32,000 nt of DNA from Trichodesmium erythraeum IMS101 (GCF_000014265.1 NC_008312.1:7710001-7742000); one strand, 5' to 3'; shown: positions 18,407 through 30,070, counted from the first letter of the stretch. Made by a program: numbers and translations. Notes: generated by a model from the sequence alone, not told the origin.

Positions 18407-20791
18407 TTGAGGAAATGCACTGTGCGGATTCCATTAGATTATTATCGAATTTTAGGTTTACCAATTCAGGCTACTGCTGAACAGTTGCGGCAGGCACATC
18501 AAGACCGCACTCAGCAGTTTCCTAGAAGGGAGTATTCTGAAGCCACAATAGTTGCTCGTAAACAGCTTATAGATGAGGCTTATGCTGTTCTTTGCGATCC
18601 TGAACAACGTCAAACCTATGATGGTAACTTTTTAGCTAAAACCTACGAGCCAATAGTAGAAGAACTCAATCCAAGTTCTCAGATAAATTTTGATCAAGCA
18701 CAAGAAAAAGAAACCACACTTAAGGAGACTAGAGAAGTTCTTCCGGAAATAGCTTCTAAACAGTTAAAAAAAAGGACAAGTTATCAAAACAGAGAGACTA
18801 AAGCTGCCTCTGATTTTCATTCTAATACCCCTAGTATAGAAATAGAATATCCACAATTTGTGGGAGCCATCCTAATTTTACATGAGCTAGGAGAATATGA
18901 GCTAGTATTAAAAATAACTCACCCTTATCTTCTTAACAATAGTATAACTATTAAAGATGGACGTTTTGGAGACCCAGCATTAGTTTTGCCAGATGTTGTC
19001 CTTACAGTTGCTCTAGCAAATTTAGAATTGGGCAGAGAGGAATGGCAACAAGGACAATACGAAAGTGCAGCTACAGCTTTAGAGGCTGGCCTAGGGTTAT
19101 TGCTACGAGAAAACCTATTTGTCCAAATACGAGGAGAGATACAAGCTGACCTTTATAAGCTACGTCCTTATAGAATAATGGAGCTAATAGCACTACCAGA
19201 GGAAATAGCTCTAGACCGTAGCCGTGGACTAGAAATTCTTCAAGATATGCTCAATGAACGGGGAGGAATTGATGGTCAAGGTGAAGATAGCTCTGGACTT
19301 GGGATAGAAGATTTTCTAAAGTTTGTTCAGCAGCTACGTCAATACTTAACTACAGCAGAGCAAAAGAAGTTATTTGAGGCAGAAGCCCTTCGCCCTTCCG
19401 CAGTTGGTGCATATCTAGCGGTTTATACTTTTTTAGCTCAAGGGTTTGCTCAAAAACAACCAGCCTTTATTCGTAAAGCTAAGTTGATGTTAATGCAATT
19501 GGGTCGGAGTCAAGATGTAAATTTAGAGAAATCTGTCTGTGCTTTACTTTTAGGGCAAACTGAAGAAGCTAGTCGTTCATTAGAACTTAGCCATGAAAAT
19601 GAACCTCTATCCTTTATTAAAGAAAATTCTCAACAATCTCCAGATTTATTGCCAGGTCTATGTCTCTATGCTGAACATTGGTTGACAGAGGAGGTTTTTC
19701 CACATTTCCGTGATTTGTCTGACAAGTCAGCTTCTTTGAAAGATTATTTTGCAGATCAACATGTTCAAGCTTATCTAGAAGCTTTACCTACAGAAGCAGA
19801 GGTAGCTAATCAATGGGTAGTCGTTCAGCCTCGTCGTAGTAATCACAATAAAAAACAAATGTTCGACCCCAAGGAACTTGAGAAGTTGAATGTATCAGAT
19901 TTGGAGGATAAAGATATTTCTCGGGTAGATGCTACTGCTACTGGTATTGTTGCTTCTGGAAGTCAAGGAAGTTCTAATTTACTAGGGGCTAGTTCTGATG
20001 GGTTGCTTCAAGAATTAGAAAAATCATCATCTACTAGAGGTGGGCCAAAACAAGTAACTACTAAGAGTTCTAGTCACTATTTAGGAAAAATTAGGGAAAA
20101 GAGTATAAGTGGTTTACCTGAGTTTAATGAAAGTACATCTATTGAGAGTGGGGGGTTACCCCAATCTATCCAAGAGCATAGTTCACGTAGAACTTCTGCT
20201 AGAAGAGAACCTGTTAAGTTTGGTCGTTTAATATTAATCGCAATTGTGGGATTTTTGTTAATAGGATTTATTGGGTTGTTAACAATTAAAACTATCGGCT
20301 GGTTAGTAAATGCTTTAGGATGGGAAAGAGAAAAACTGATGATACAATTGGATAGGCCTCCTATAGAAATCCCAGAACCTGATCGGGTTAACCTCGCAGC
20401 ATCAGGACCGATAACAAAAGAAGTAGCAAGGCGAACAATTCAAAGTTGGTTAGATATCAAGGCTTCTGCTCTTGGTCCTAATCATAAAATTGAACAATTA
20501 CCAAATATTTTAGTAGAACCGGCACTTTCTCGTTGGTTACCTACAGCTAATGCCCTGAAGCAAGAAAAGTCATACCGTAGGTATGAGCATGATTTAGAAA
20601 TAAGTAATATAAAGATGAGTAATACAAATTCTAATCTCGCTCAAGTAGATGCTAAAGTGATAGAAAAGGTAGAGTTTTATTCTGACAATGGTAGATTAAC
20701 TAATACTAACAATGAAAACTTATTTGTTCGTTATGATTTAGTTCGTAAAAGTCAAAAATGGCAAATTAGTAATTGGAAGGTATTGAGATAA
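18407..20791 (+). CDS. ftn2: Cell-division protein Ftn2/ZipN (ARC6 homolog) with N-terminal J-like domain
   Basis: N-terminus RIPLDYYRILGLPIQATAEQLRQAHQDR...EAYAVLCDPEQRQTYD (DnaJ-like, typical of Ftn2/ARC6). Single transmembrane segment LILIAIVGFLLIGFIGLLTI. Conserved C-terminal ARC6-type domain (IQSWLDIKASALGP...WQISNWKVL). The track start is TTG 18407; GTG 18422 (VRIPLDYY) is an equally plausible start. Confidence 0.85.
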   Translation: MRKCTVRIPLDYYRILGLPIQATAEQLRQAHQDRTQQFPRREYSEATIVARKQLIDEAYAVLCDPEQRQTYDGNFLAKTYEPIVEELNPSSQINFDQAQEKETTLKETREVLPEIASKQLKKRTSYQNRETKAASDFHSNTPSIEIEYPQFVGAILILHELGEYELVLKITHPYLLNNSITIKDGRFGDPALVLPDVVLTVALANLELGREEWQQGQYESAATALEAGLGLLLRENLFVQIRGEIQADLYKLRPYRIMELIALPEEIALDRSRGLEILQDMLNERGGIDGQGEDSSGLGIEDFLKFVQQLRQYLTTAEQKKLFEAEALRPSAVGAYLAVYTFLAQGFAQKQPAFIRKAKLMLMQLGRSQDVNLEKSVCALLLGQTEEASRSLELSHENEPLSFIKENSQQSPDLLPGLCLYAEHWLTEEVFPHFRDLSDKSASLKDYFADQHVQAYLEALPTEAEVANQWVVVQPRRSNHNKKQMFDPKELEKLNVSDLEDKDISRVDATATGIVASGSQGSSNLLGASSDGLLQELEKSSSTRGGPKQVTTKSSSHYLGKIREKSISGLPEFNESTSIESGGLPQSIQEHSSRRTSARREPVKFGRLILIAIVGFLLIGFIGLLTIKTIGWLVNALGWEREKLMIQLDRPPIEIPEPDRVNLAASGPITKEVARRTIQSWLDIKASALGPNHKIEQLPNILVEPALSRWLPTANALKQEKSYRRYEHDLEISNIKMSNTNSNLAQVDAKVIEKVEFYSDNGRLTNTNNENLFVRYDLVRKSQKWQISNWKVLR

Positions 20792-22474
20792 TTTGAAATG
20801 AAGAAGTAACTATCACAGCAAATCCCAGATCAAAAGTGAATAATTTTGATGTTGCTACTTAATTTATTTAACTTCAAAATTTTAATTTGATTGTAAAACA
20901 CTATTTTTAAAATGAAATAGTGGAGTATATTATCAGTAACAATAGATGTTTAATAATCATAAACAGGGAATAGATGACTTATGAGAGAATAGTAAGTTTA
21001 AATAAACTTCTTACTCCTAAAAAAATCCTTAGCTGAACTGTATTAATTTATAATTCCTATTTATATCTATTCCCTACTTCATAAAAAGACATTTTAAGCC
21101 AGAGACATAAAACTCACTGTTCCCTTAAATTATTCCCTAAGAATTTCTAATAATGCTTACACAGTTTACCGTATATGATTTTCTACAAATTGGGTTACCA
21201 AATAGAGTAATACTAACTCTCATAAGTAATGGTAACTTTTTTTCAAATTTCAGTTATTAAATAATTAATATAAAAAAAATATTTTTTAACTCTCTTTAGC
21301 TAATCTAAAGTTAATTGTTATTATGTTTACTTACTTTATACTGTTTTACCCCCCTACTTTTCTACTCTACTAAATAAAATATAGAAAAGTTTTTGATAAA
21401 TAGTATAAGTTAGTGATCGCCAATTTACTCCCTTAAAATCTAATAAACTCCTTGAATTGTCAATCAGTTGTTTTCAATTGATAAATTTTTGCTTTCTACC
21501 TCAATTCCAATACCAGAAATGATTTGGGTATATTTTAAAAATTTTTAATTGGAGAAACAGGCGAAGCTTGAGAAAAAATAAACGCACCACCAAAAAGATA
21601 ACCTATCCTCAAAAGAGTTAGTTGCAGCAGCCTGTGAAACGTCAACCCATCCTTGGGCTTTGCTTTTGTAGAATTACTCCTAAACTTAACAGCCAGGCGT
21701 GATATCAATATTAATGGAACTGTGTGCCACAATAAACTAGACTCAAAATTTTTCAAACCCTTGACTATTTATAAATTTTCTTGAGTATAAAAATCCCTGA
21801 AACTAAATCATTTCAATGTTTTCACTTAATAGATTTAAGCCCATTTTACTGTAATAATCTTTTTTTTTAATTGGTATGACTCAATATACTCTTAAATAAT
21901 TTCTTTACTTAAATCCTTCCTATTTTCTGACTTCTTATTTCTGACTTTCTTTGTGATATTATAATTATTTACTGTGATTATATATCAATACGATTCAGGT
22001 AAGACCAAAGACTATGGAGACAGAATTATAAGCTTTTCAGATTACAGAACTGCAAAAAAAATCCTTAACTGAACCGTATTAAATAATGTATGATGATTGA
22101 CTGAATTTTAAGGGTTACTGATTCCCAGTAGTCACTCAAAATTGATTTGATAGTTAATCTATTAAATTTTTCTTTTGTTTACTTTTCCCTTTGTATTCTA
22201 AACATAGTAGTCTGTCAATCTTTGATTGAGAGGTAAATCAGTTCTCAAAAAACTGATTTACTAGCTTTTTAAATTTTATTAACCCGTGATTTTTTCCTAG
22301 ACAGACCACTAGTATCTACCTATCATGAGAAAACTGCTCAACCACTAGTATAAGTTAGTAAATACATGTAGTTGAACTTCTGCCCACAAAAAAATCAACC
22401 TATATCAACTCATATCATTATTCAGCAACGCTAATTGCTCAAAAACCTAGCTAATAGACAACCAAGCAACTTTT

Positions 22475-23635
22475 CTAGCGGATATATTCTTTGAGAATAC
22501 TGTTTCGGTTTGGATGTCGTAACTTTCTAAGGGCTTTTGCCTCAATTTGTCGAATTCGCTCACGAGTCACATTAAATATTTGCCCAATTTCTTCTAAAGT
22601 CTTCATTCGACCGTCATCCAAGCCATACCTTAACCGTAATACATCCCGTTCACGGGGACTCAAACTATTTAAAACACTTTCTAAATCTTCTCGCAATAGA
22701 TTTTTGGATACTTCATCTTCAGGAGTCTCCCCATCTGACTCAATAAAATCTCCAAGTCGAGAGTCTTCTTCTTTTCCAATGGGAGTTTCTAAAGATATGG
22801 GAAGTTGAGCAGATTTAGCAATGAAACGCAACTTTTCGATAGTCATTTCCATGCTAGTTGCTATTTCCTCTTCTGTGGGTTTACGACCCATTTCTTGGGA
22901 AAGAAGCTTAGTAGTTTTCTTGATTCGGGATATTGTTTCGTATAGATGAACTGGTAGACGGATAGTACGAGACTGATCAGCTATAGCTCTAGTAATAGCT
23001 TGACGAATCCACCAAGTTGCATAAGTACTAAATTTATACCCCTTTTCATGATCAAATTTTTCTGCTGCTCGAATTAACCCCAAACTACCTTCTTGAATCA
23101 AGTCCTGGAATGATAAACCTCGGTTCATGTACTTTTTGGCGATCGAAACCACCAAACGCAGGTTAGACTGTACCATCTTTTCTTTAGCTCTACGCCCAAG
23201 TATTAAGCGACGCTTAAACTTTGGCAATTCCATATCTACTGCATTTGCCCACTCACTCACTTGGGGTTCTCGATCTAAGTGATAAATTAACTCTTCTCGA
23301 ATTCGTTCCAATTCTAGTAAGTCAGCAATCTTACGGGCTAATTCAATTTCTTCATCAGCTCGTAATAGTCTGATTCTTCCTATTTCTTGTAGATAAAGGC
23401 GAATTGAGTCTTCTGTATAATGCTTTTTTTTGCCCGCAGTCCGAGTACGAGATTTAGCAACTTTACCAGACTTTAGATCGTCCTCATCAGACTGAGCATC
23501 TATATATTCTTCTCTATCTCCAATTAAAATCTCTAACTCATCGTTTACTTGTCTGGTAGGGGTTGGCTGAAATAACTCACTAGATTCTAGCTGAGGCTGA
23601 ATAGTGGTTTCAATTACTTTGTCAGTCTGGATCAT
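22475..23635 (-). CDS. sigA: Principal (group 1) RNA polymerase sigma factor SigA/RpoD
   Basis: 386 aa. Region 1.2 [28 protein letters not shown]. Region 2 [64 protein letters not shown]. Region 3 then 4.2 [30 protein letters not shown]. Confidence 0.93.
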   Translation of the reverse strand: MIQTDKVIETTIQPQLESSELFQPTPTRQVNDELEILIGDREEYIDAQSDEDDLKSGKVAKSRTRTAGKKKHYTEDSIRLYLQEIGRIRLLRADEEIELARKIADLLELERIREELIYHLDREPQVSEWANAVDMELPKFKRRLILGRRAKEKMVQSNLRLVVSIAKKYMNRGLSFQDLIQEGSLGLIRAAEKFDHEKGYKFSTYATWWIRQAITRAIADQSRTIRLPVHLYETISRIKKTTKLLSQEMGRKPTEEEIATSMEMTIEKLRFIAKSAQLPISLETPIGKEEDSRLGDFIESDGETPEDEVSKNLLREDLESVLNSLSPRERDVLRLRYGLDDGRMKTLEEIGQIFNVTRERIRQIEAKALRKLRHPNRNSILKEYIR

Positions 23636-26600
23636 GTCGCGTTCCTCATGCTCCTTAAGTTGAAGAATAAATTATTTTACAGAAGTTTTCTGTCTATCTT
23701 AAGACAGTATAGCTATTGACCAAACCTATAAGGTTTATGTTTTTTTTATAGAAACTGGGAAATTACATTAGGTTGCCAATAAGACTTACTTTTATGACAG
23801 CAGTTTTGAAGTTTATGAGGTACAAAATTTTACAAGAAATTTTACCAGTTTAGGGAATAGAGATTAGTAATAAAACTATACCTCACAATCATAAAAAAAA
23901 TTACCATAATATTGACTCTTTTTCCCAGTCTTCAGAGTTCTGATTTCTGACTGGTTAATGGTCATGCTAGTATCATATTCTACATTTTAAGTACCTCAAC
24001 TCAACTTTTTTATAGTCACTCTTATAGAAGGGAAACCTATATAGTGTTGATTTTTCCATAGCTTGTTTCCACTTCAGTAGCAGGTAGTTTTTCATCACTA
24101 CTCTAAAAGATTACTGGGCTTTAAACCCAAGCTTTTTAGTAAAATTTTCTGATACAGGTATCAGACAAGCGAGTTTTACTATAAAACTTATTTTATCCCC
24201 GTTTATTTTAAGTTGACATTCTGCCTACTGTATTAATTAATAGCTTAAGCTATGATAATAGCTATTTTTTATCTGAGCATATCCAAAGAGTTTTTATTTT
24301 TATGAAAACTATTCGGATTTATTTAGGTTTACCTTTGCACTTTTACTGATTATCCTTTTATCCTCACCTAATTATGAATACTGTCTGGGTAATTGCCAGG
24401 AATTTATATTCAACACCATCAAAATATTATTTATTTAGTGATTAGTTATTGTGAAACTATTAGGGAATTAACTACAGAATTAGACGTTGCTGAAAAGGTC
24501 ATGAAAATAAACACTCTTACGTATTTGTTCTTCAATAAGATTAGCAATTGATAATTAATATAAGTCATACCCACATATTCAGCAAAGGCTACAATACTTA
24601 TAGTTAATAATGCCACTAGATATAATAATATCTAATTTAGCTAAGTACTGAAACTTTAAAAAGAATTATACTCTAGCCATAAATCTTTTTCCCAAGGAGG
24701 GGAATAATATATATTTAAGTTTGTACTCTCTTTTTTTGAACCTCCTAATTAAAGTTTTCAATACTTTTGCTGAATCTTTCTATTTACTCCTATATTATTA
24801 TATATTGTTAGTATACATGTCATAATTGTGATATTTTTTCTGGATCTTATTAATTTAGGTAAGCATTCAACTGAAAGTTATCAGCTATTACTTTTAGGGT
24901 GTAATATAAAGCTTTATTAATTGAATTCTAATTAAATCTTAACTACGAAAGTCGGTTTCCTTAACCTTAAAGTTGACTTTTATTTAAATACTGTCCTCAT
25001 GGAAATAGTCTTATTGCTTAGATATGACTGCTTATAGCTGAATTTACATACTTTAGTTTTTCCCCTGACTATATACTATGGGAAGCTAATTCTATGTTTG
25101 TGGTCAAACTCAAGTTTTTTATTTCACTATAATACTATTGATACTACAATAATAACTGTAATTATTTAGCTAGATACTAACTTAATTAAAGACAACTCTC
25201 AGTAGGTATATATCTTTTAGTTTAACAGATTATTTTATTAAACGCTACTTAGATTATGCCAAAATTATTATTTTTGATCGAGCACTATGGTCATTACATA
25301 TTAATCTTTGGTATTTTTTCTATATTTTTTATTCATCAGTATATGTTAATTCATCCTTTTCATTCTATTTTCATGCTTTAGAGTGGATATTTGATTAGTC
25401 TTAAGTGCTGTGATGAGATGCCAACACTTCAATAAACATAAGTAGATAAACTTAATACTAGATTTCTTAATAGTAAAGTTTTTAACTATCCTATTGTTAC
25501 AGAAAAATTATCTCTCAGCCCAAGTTATGTCAAAGTAGGCTTCACATTAATTTTTTCTACCTTATTAGATAGATGATAAATTTACTTATCTTATTGTAGT
25601 TAATACTCTTCATATGCAAGTTAGATTAAATTTTAGCAATATATAACTAAATATTACGTTAAGAGAAATGAAGTTTTTGATGTTAAGCTGTCATAATACA
25701 GACTAAGCAGCAACTTTGTGTACATAAAATAGGCTTTTCTAGAGTAGTTATGATAATTTAATAATAAAAAAATTACATTTTCCTTAATACTTTTTAAGCA
25801 AAGTTTTGTCAAACCTTTGCTAGATATTGACTAATCCTAGAATTCAATGTTATTAAATATGTTCAATTTTAGCAACAAAAATGAACTTACAGTAATATGC
25901 CATTTACACCTAACTCTATTTCATCACTCAAATAATTAAATTTGAAAACAATAATAGTAACTAATTACCATTTTATTACTTATTAAAGCCCGTAAATAAA
26001 GCCTCAACTGCAACTTGCCCTTGTTCTTAAAAGACTACAGATAAAATATATTAATCTCATTGATATAGAGTCAGAGATATTTATATTAGTAGCTTTAATG
26101 TTTTACTACTTTGTTGATTGCTATAAATTTATATTTCAAAACTGTAAGTATGTTTTTCAAGGGAATTAAAATTTTTCAAAAAAACAGAATAATCTATAGA
26201 AAAAATTATCCCAAAAAGTAGTAGCTAACATAAGTATTAAAAATAGATTTTATTAATATTGGAAAAACAAATAAAATGACTCTAGTACAAATAAGTACGT
26301 AAGTATCAATAAAGGTGAAAATAAAAAAACTGATAAAATACCTATAACCTAATTATCAAAAGGTTTTCACCAGTTTAATTTTTATTGCTATTGTACAGAT
26401 AGTTAAACCAATTTACTTATAAACTATGCTTAAAGAGAAAGTTATTACTCCTTGTAGAAGTTAAACATATTGGTTGATATCAATGCCTATTTAGGCTACC
26501 CCAACAGTCGGGGTAGGTATGGTTTAGTTGAACCCAAAATATAAGAATGTTTTTTATGGATTTAGTCATCTAGATATCCCAGGGCGTTGTAATTTTCAGT

Positions 26601-26769
26601 GAAAAAAAAATAAAATAGCTCTTTTTTACAAAATAATTAAGTAGTTGTGCAGAATTAATTATACATAAATAAATAAATAAGAACTAGATGTCAAATTATC
26701 TAGGCTTAAAGTACTTACAAATCAAGATAAAAAAAGGAAAAATTTATTAAGTATGTTTAGATAAAAGTA

Positions 26770-27300
26770 ATTTTTATTTGAGGCGATCTATTTTATATAG
26801 ATGGCAAAAAAAAGGAAAAGTAATAACTTCTAAAAATTATTAGAGTAAACAAGCAAATGTTTTAGGGTTAATGAATTGCAAAAATGAATTCTATTACTAA
26901 ATAATCAAGGTATATATATATAAATTAGTAAAGTTATGGTGAATTCTTGAGATAAATTGAGTCATGACTTGTCAAAAAGAGCTTTATTAGTTCTGGACTA
27001 AGTAGGTAGGCGTTAAAATTTATTTCTATGTAACAAAATGTAAATTTTGTCTCCTGTCAATTGTCTAGAGAGTCTTGGAGTCTCTTTACAAAATTTAATA
27101 TAGTTAAGCTTTTTTTGTGAATATCTACTTAAACTTCAGTTCATACTAGTGGTCGTATACTGAATAAATTAGAAGAATGGAAGTAAAAAAAAATGGAAAT
27201 ATTTTGCTTGCCTATCTATGTTAGCAAAATCTAATATAGTAGAAATGTGATAGAAACTTATGGCATTTTTCAGCATTGATGAGGTGCAATAGCAGCACTT
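26770..27300 (+). pseudogene. Heavily decayed IS630-like transposase remnant
   Basis: Across shifting frames: YRWQKKGKV, ANVLGLMNCKNE, ALLVLD, then EIFCLPIYVSKI..YSRNVIETYGIF, the degenerate LPPYSPELNxIExxW block. There are many stops. Confidence 0.4.
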
Positions 27301-27389
27301 GGTAAACCAATGTCCATGTCTGAATATTTAATTATGTCGCTTGGTGCAAAAGCTTTGTTAATAGATTCTTCTAAGTCTTTATAAGTTCA

Positions 27390-28230
27390 CAGCATCTAAA
27401 GACAATAAGTTAATTTTTTATCTTTGACCATATTTGTTCAATGGATAAAAATTCCGGGAAGTACGGAGGAAAAAAAACAGCTTGGATCCAACTTCCTGGT
27501 TAGCTTTTTCTATTTCTTTCCCATTATGAATACTACAATTGTCAATAACTAGACAAGCACCAGGTCACAATTGAGGTATCACTTTAATTGAATAAATGTT
27601 TCGTATGTTTGCTGATAAAACTATTCCTTTGCGAGTGACAGCTCAATAAGAATGAAATTCTTTTTCCTTTTTAATGGAGAGTCTGAACACGATCTATTTT
27701 AGCCTTATTTTACTGTGTATATAAGCCAGCCATTGCCATATCTACTTCAGGTTAATTTATAAAGATTAAATCTTCAACCAAGATGTTTTTGATTATTTCC
27801 TAATACTATAATCTCAATTTTTGTACTTTTTTATTTATTTTTTTTTCTCAGCATAAGTTGTTTTTTTACTGTTGATTTGAGTATTTTTTTATTATACTAT
27901 ATTGATTGTCTGCTGACTCTAAATCCGGCTTTTTAATTATTAATTTGCAACAGTTATTCATTAGTTAAATCATGATTTTTTCTATTAATTGTCCTTGTTA
28001 ATTATTCTGACTTATTTGTTAAAATTTAACTCCTATAACCTTAGGTTTAGGGCTCATATTTCCAGTCTTTATGTATGGCTTTAAAACTTTACTAATCAAA
28101 CTAAGGGTAACTTTAAAATTCTCTGCTAGTTGACCATAAAAAATCCTTTAAAAATAGTAAGATTCAATAATTTTTTTCTGAAATATATTGAGTATTTCAA
28201 CTTTTTTTATTCTGATAAAGGTATTGTTTA
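27390..28230 (-). pseudogene. Decayed IS630-like transposase remnant, convergent with the previous one
   Basis: The reverse complement gives the N-terminal HTH LAENFKVTLSLISKVLKPYIKTGNMSPKPK (about 28180-28080), the core ACLVIDNCSIHNGKEIEKA (about 27570-27510) and LFFSSVLPGIFIH.TNMVKDK (degenerate LPPYSPELNPIEQxW, about 27480-27410). Confidence 0.5.
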
Positions 28231-28447
28231 TACTGTACCTCATAGATTTGATAATTGCTATATCATGCTATGAATGGATTTAAAGTAGGATACCTAAAAA
28301 TTGCATTAGCTTACTTCCATATCTTAAAAAGTGCTTGAGAAAAAACGGAACAGAATATGTAATTAATTCTGTTTATACACTTAAAACTAAAAAATACAAA
28401 GACAATTAGTGTAAGTAATAAATAGGAAAAAGTTTTAGCATTTATCT

Positions 28448-29215
28448 TTAATAAGAACCTTTTCTCAAAAATTTGATGTAATTCTCAACAAGAGGACGGG
28501 TGATTTTCCTGTTAGTAATTCTCTGTCCACTATGATAATGAATCTGAGCATGGACATGATAACCAGAGGTTCTTCCTGTAAGACCTTGGATACCAATTAA
28601 TTGTCCTTTATTAATTCTTGTTCCTCTTCTTGGTGTTGAACCTTGTAACAAATGACCCATTAACCAATAATAATTAGTCCCATCACACATAAGTTCAACT
28701 ATCTGACCTGCACCTTGGGCTACTCTAAAACTTCCATTTCGGCCTTGAAATCTAGTTCCGCGAATAGTGCCTTTGCAAGGCGCTGGAATAGGAACTTGTA
28801 ATTTACCATTTAGCTCTAGGGTAAAATCATAAGCTCCCGGAGGGGTATTATCAATGAAATAAGGAGTATGAATTACATAAGGTAGAAATTTATCTGATTT
28901 GCCATAGTATGGAATCAAAAAGGGAGTAATTTTGGGGAAGTTATGTTGTATCTTCTCTTGCACAATGGCTATTTTTTTTGCTACTTCTTCTATTATTTGA
29001 ACTCCTGTTTTGATTAAGGGAGCTAACACAGTTATATGTATTAAAAATATAAATATCAAAAAAACAAAAAAACTTTTAACTTTACCACTATAGTGATTGT
29101 ATTTTTTTTGTAAGATTAGTTGTTTTATGAGAAAAATAACTAATGGCGTTGAATATTGGTAAAAAAACTTTTTATAGGGCAATATTTGTGATTTTTTTTG
29201 TCTAAAAAGTTGCAT
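28448..29215 (-). CDS. M23/LytM-family peptidase-domain protein with N-terminal membrane anchor
   Basis: The C-terminal domain aligns with M23 blocks: PGAYDF (position of HxGxDF), PIPAPCKGTIRG, YYWLMGHL, RINKGQLIGIQGLTGRTSGYHVHAQIH (GxTGxSTGPHLHFE-type with HxH). Hydrophobic segment FFVFLIFIFLIHITVLAPLI. The start codon is uncertain because the N-terminus is low-complexity. Confidence 0.75.
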   Translation of the reverse strand: MQLFRQKKSQILPYKKFFYQYSTPLVIFLIKQLILQKKYNHYSGKVKSFFVFLIFIFLIHITVLAPLIKTGVQIIEEVAKKIAIVQEKIQHNFPKITPFLIPYYGKSDKFLPYVIHTPYFIDNTPPGAYDFTLELNGKLQVPIPAPCKGTIRGTRFQGRNGSFRVAQGAGQIVELMCDGTNYYWLMGHLLQGSTPRRGTRINKGQLIGIQGLTGRTSGYHVHAQIHYHSGQRITNRKITRPLVENYIKFLRKGSY

Positions 29216-29819
29216 AATATTGCTTTTTTTGTAATAACTAATAACTCAATATTATATTATGATTTGAGGGGGTATAAATTTAGGGATAGTAATTCGGGTT
29301 CTGTGGGAATAGAAAAATAAAAAGAATATAATTCAGTTACTTGAGAAACACTTATAGTAGGGCTTAGTTAAGGATTTTTTAGCAGTTATGTAATATTAAT
29401 TGCTCATAATTCTGGTTCCATACCTTGTTAATTTTGGTTTGATATGAACCCTATTCGCTATAACACTTGAAACAGATAATTAAACAGCAATAGAGCGAAG
29501 TGAAATATTCTGGGCAATCAAAAAGTTTTATTATTGCATAATAGTCTTATAACCCTGACTCAAAATGATTGATTGACAAATAGCTGTAATGCTTCTGGCA
29601 AAAAAAGGTTTTGGTTGTAGAGATTCCCAGGGACTGTTCTTACTAAGTTAGTATTCGATCTTTGGGCATATATTACTCTAAATTCTAGCAAGATTAGGCG
29701 ATAACAAAAAAATCAACTAGCAGTTGCCTAATTTTGGTTGGTATTACTTATGGTTTAGCTGATTGAATATAAAAGCATATAGTTACTAAATCTATAGATA
29801 AATAAACCTTGACCTAGTT

Positions 29820-30070
29820 TTAATATAGGGTAACCATTACGGGGTGAACTACAACACCCATTATCATTATCCCATTACTAAAAGCGTTTGGGAATGCTTT
29901 TCGTAATATGTTAAACTTCCATTGACATCAGCATTGTATTTGAGACCATTTGAAGCTTTATAAAGTCTTTTTCTCACTCGTTTACCACTCAATCTATATT
30001 TGACACCTTTGTGATAAACTGGTAAATCTTCCAAGTCTAAAAAACTAGCAATTGAAGTCTTATCAAGCAA
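29820..30070 (-). pseudogene. C-terminal remnant of an IS200/IS605-family TnpB (OrfB)
   Basis: SIASFLDLEDLP....SGKRVRKRLYKASNGLKYNADVNGSL, then after a frameshift LRKAFPNAFSNGIMIMGVVVHPVMV. This is the characteristic TnpB tail. No upstream RuvC or zinc-finger portion is detectable beyond 30070. Confidence 0.55.

Noticed and set aside
21535-21756. 73-aa ORF (-) in the ftn2-sigA spacer
   Set aside because: No family resemblance, no clear ribosome-binding site, and isolated in a long spacer. A slightly elevated GC might indicate a gene fragment, but I cannot support a call.
22491-22808. Track ORF 22491-22808 (+), 105 aa
   Set aside because: It is antisense inside sigA. The Ser/Arg-rich translation is typical of the reverse frame of a conserved gene.
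26496-26516. GC-rich hairpin CTACCCC/GGGGTAG with loop AACAGTC
   Set aside because: It stands out in AT-rich DNA, but there is no T-run on either side, no partner elements and only a single copy in the window. This is insufficient to call a terminator or RNA.
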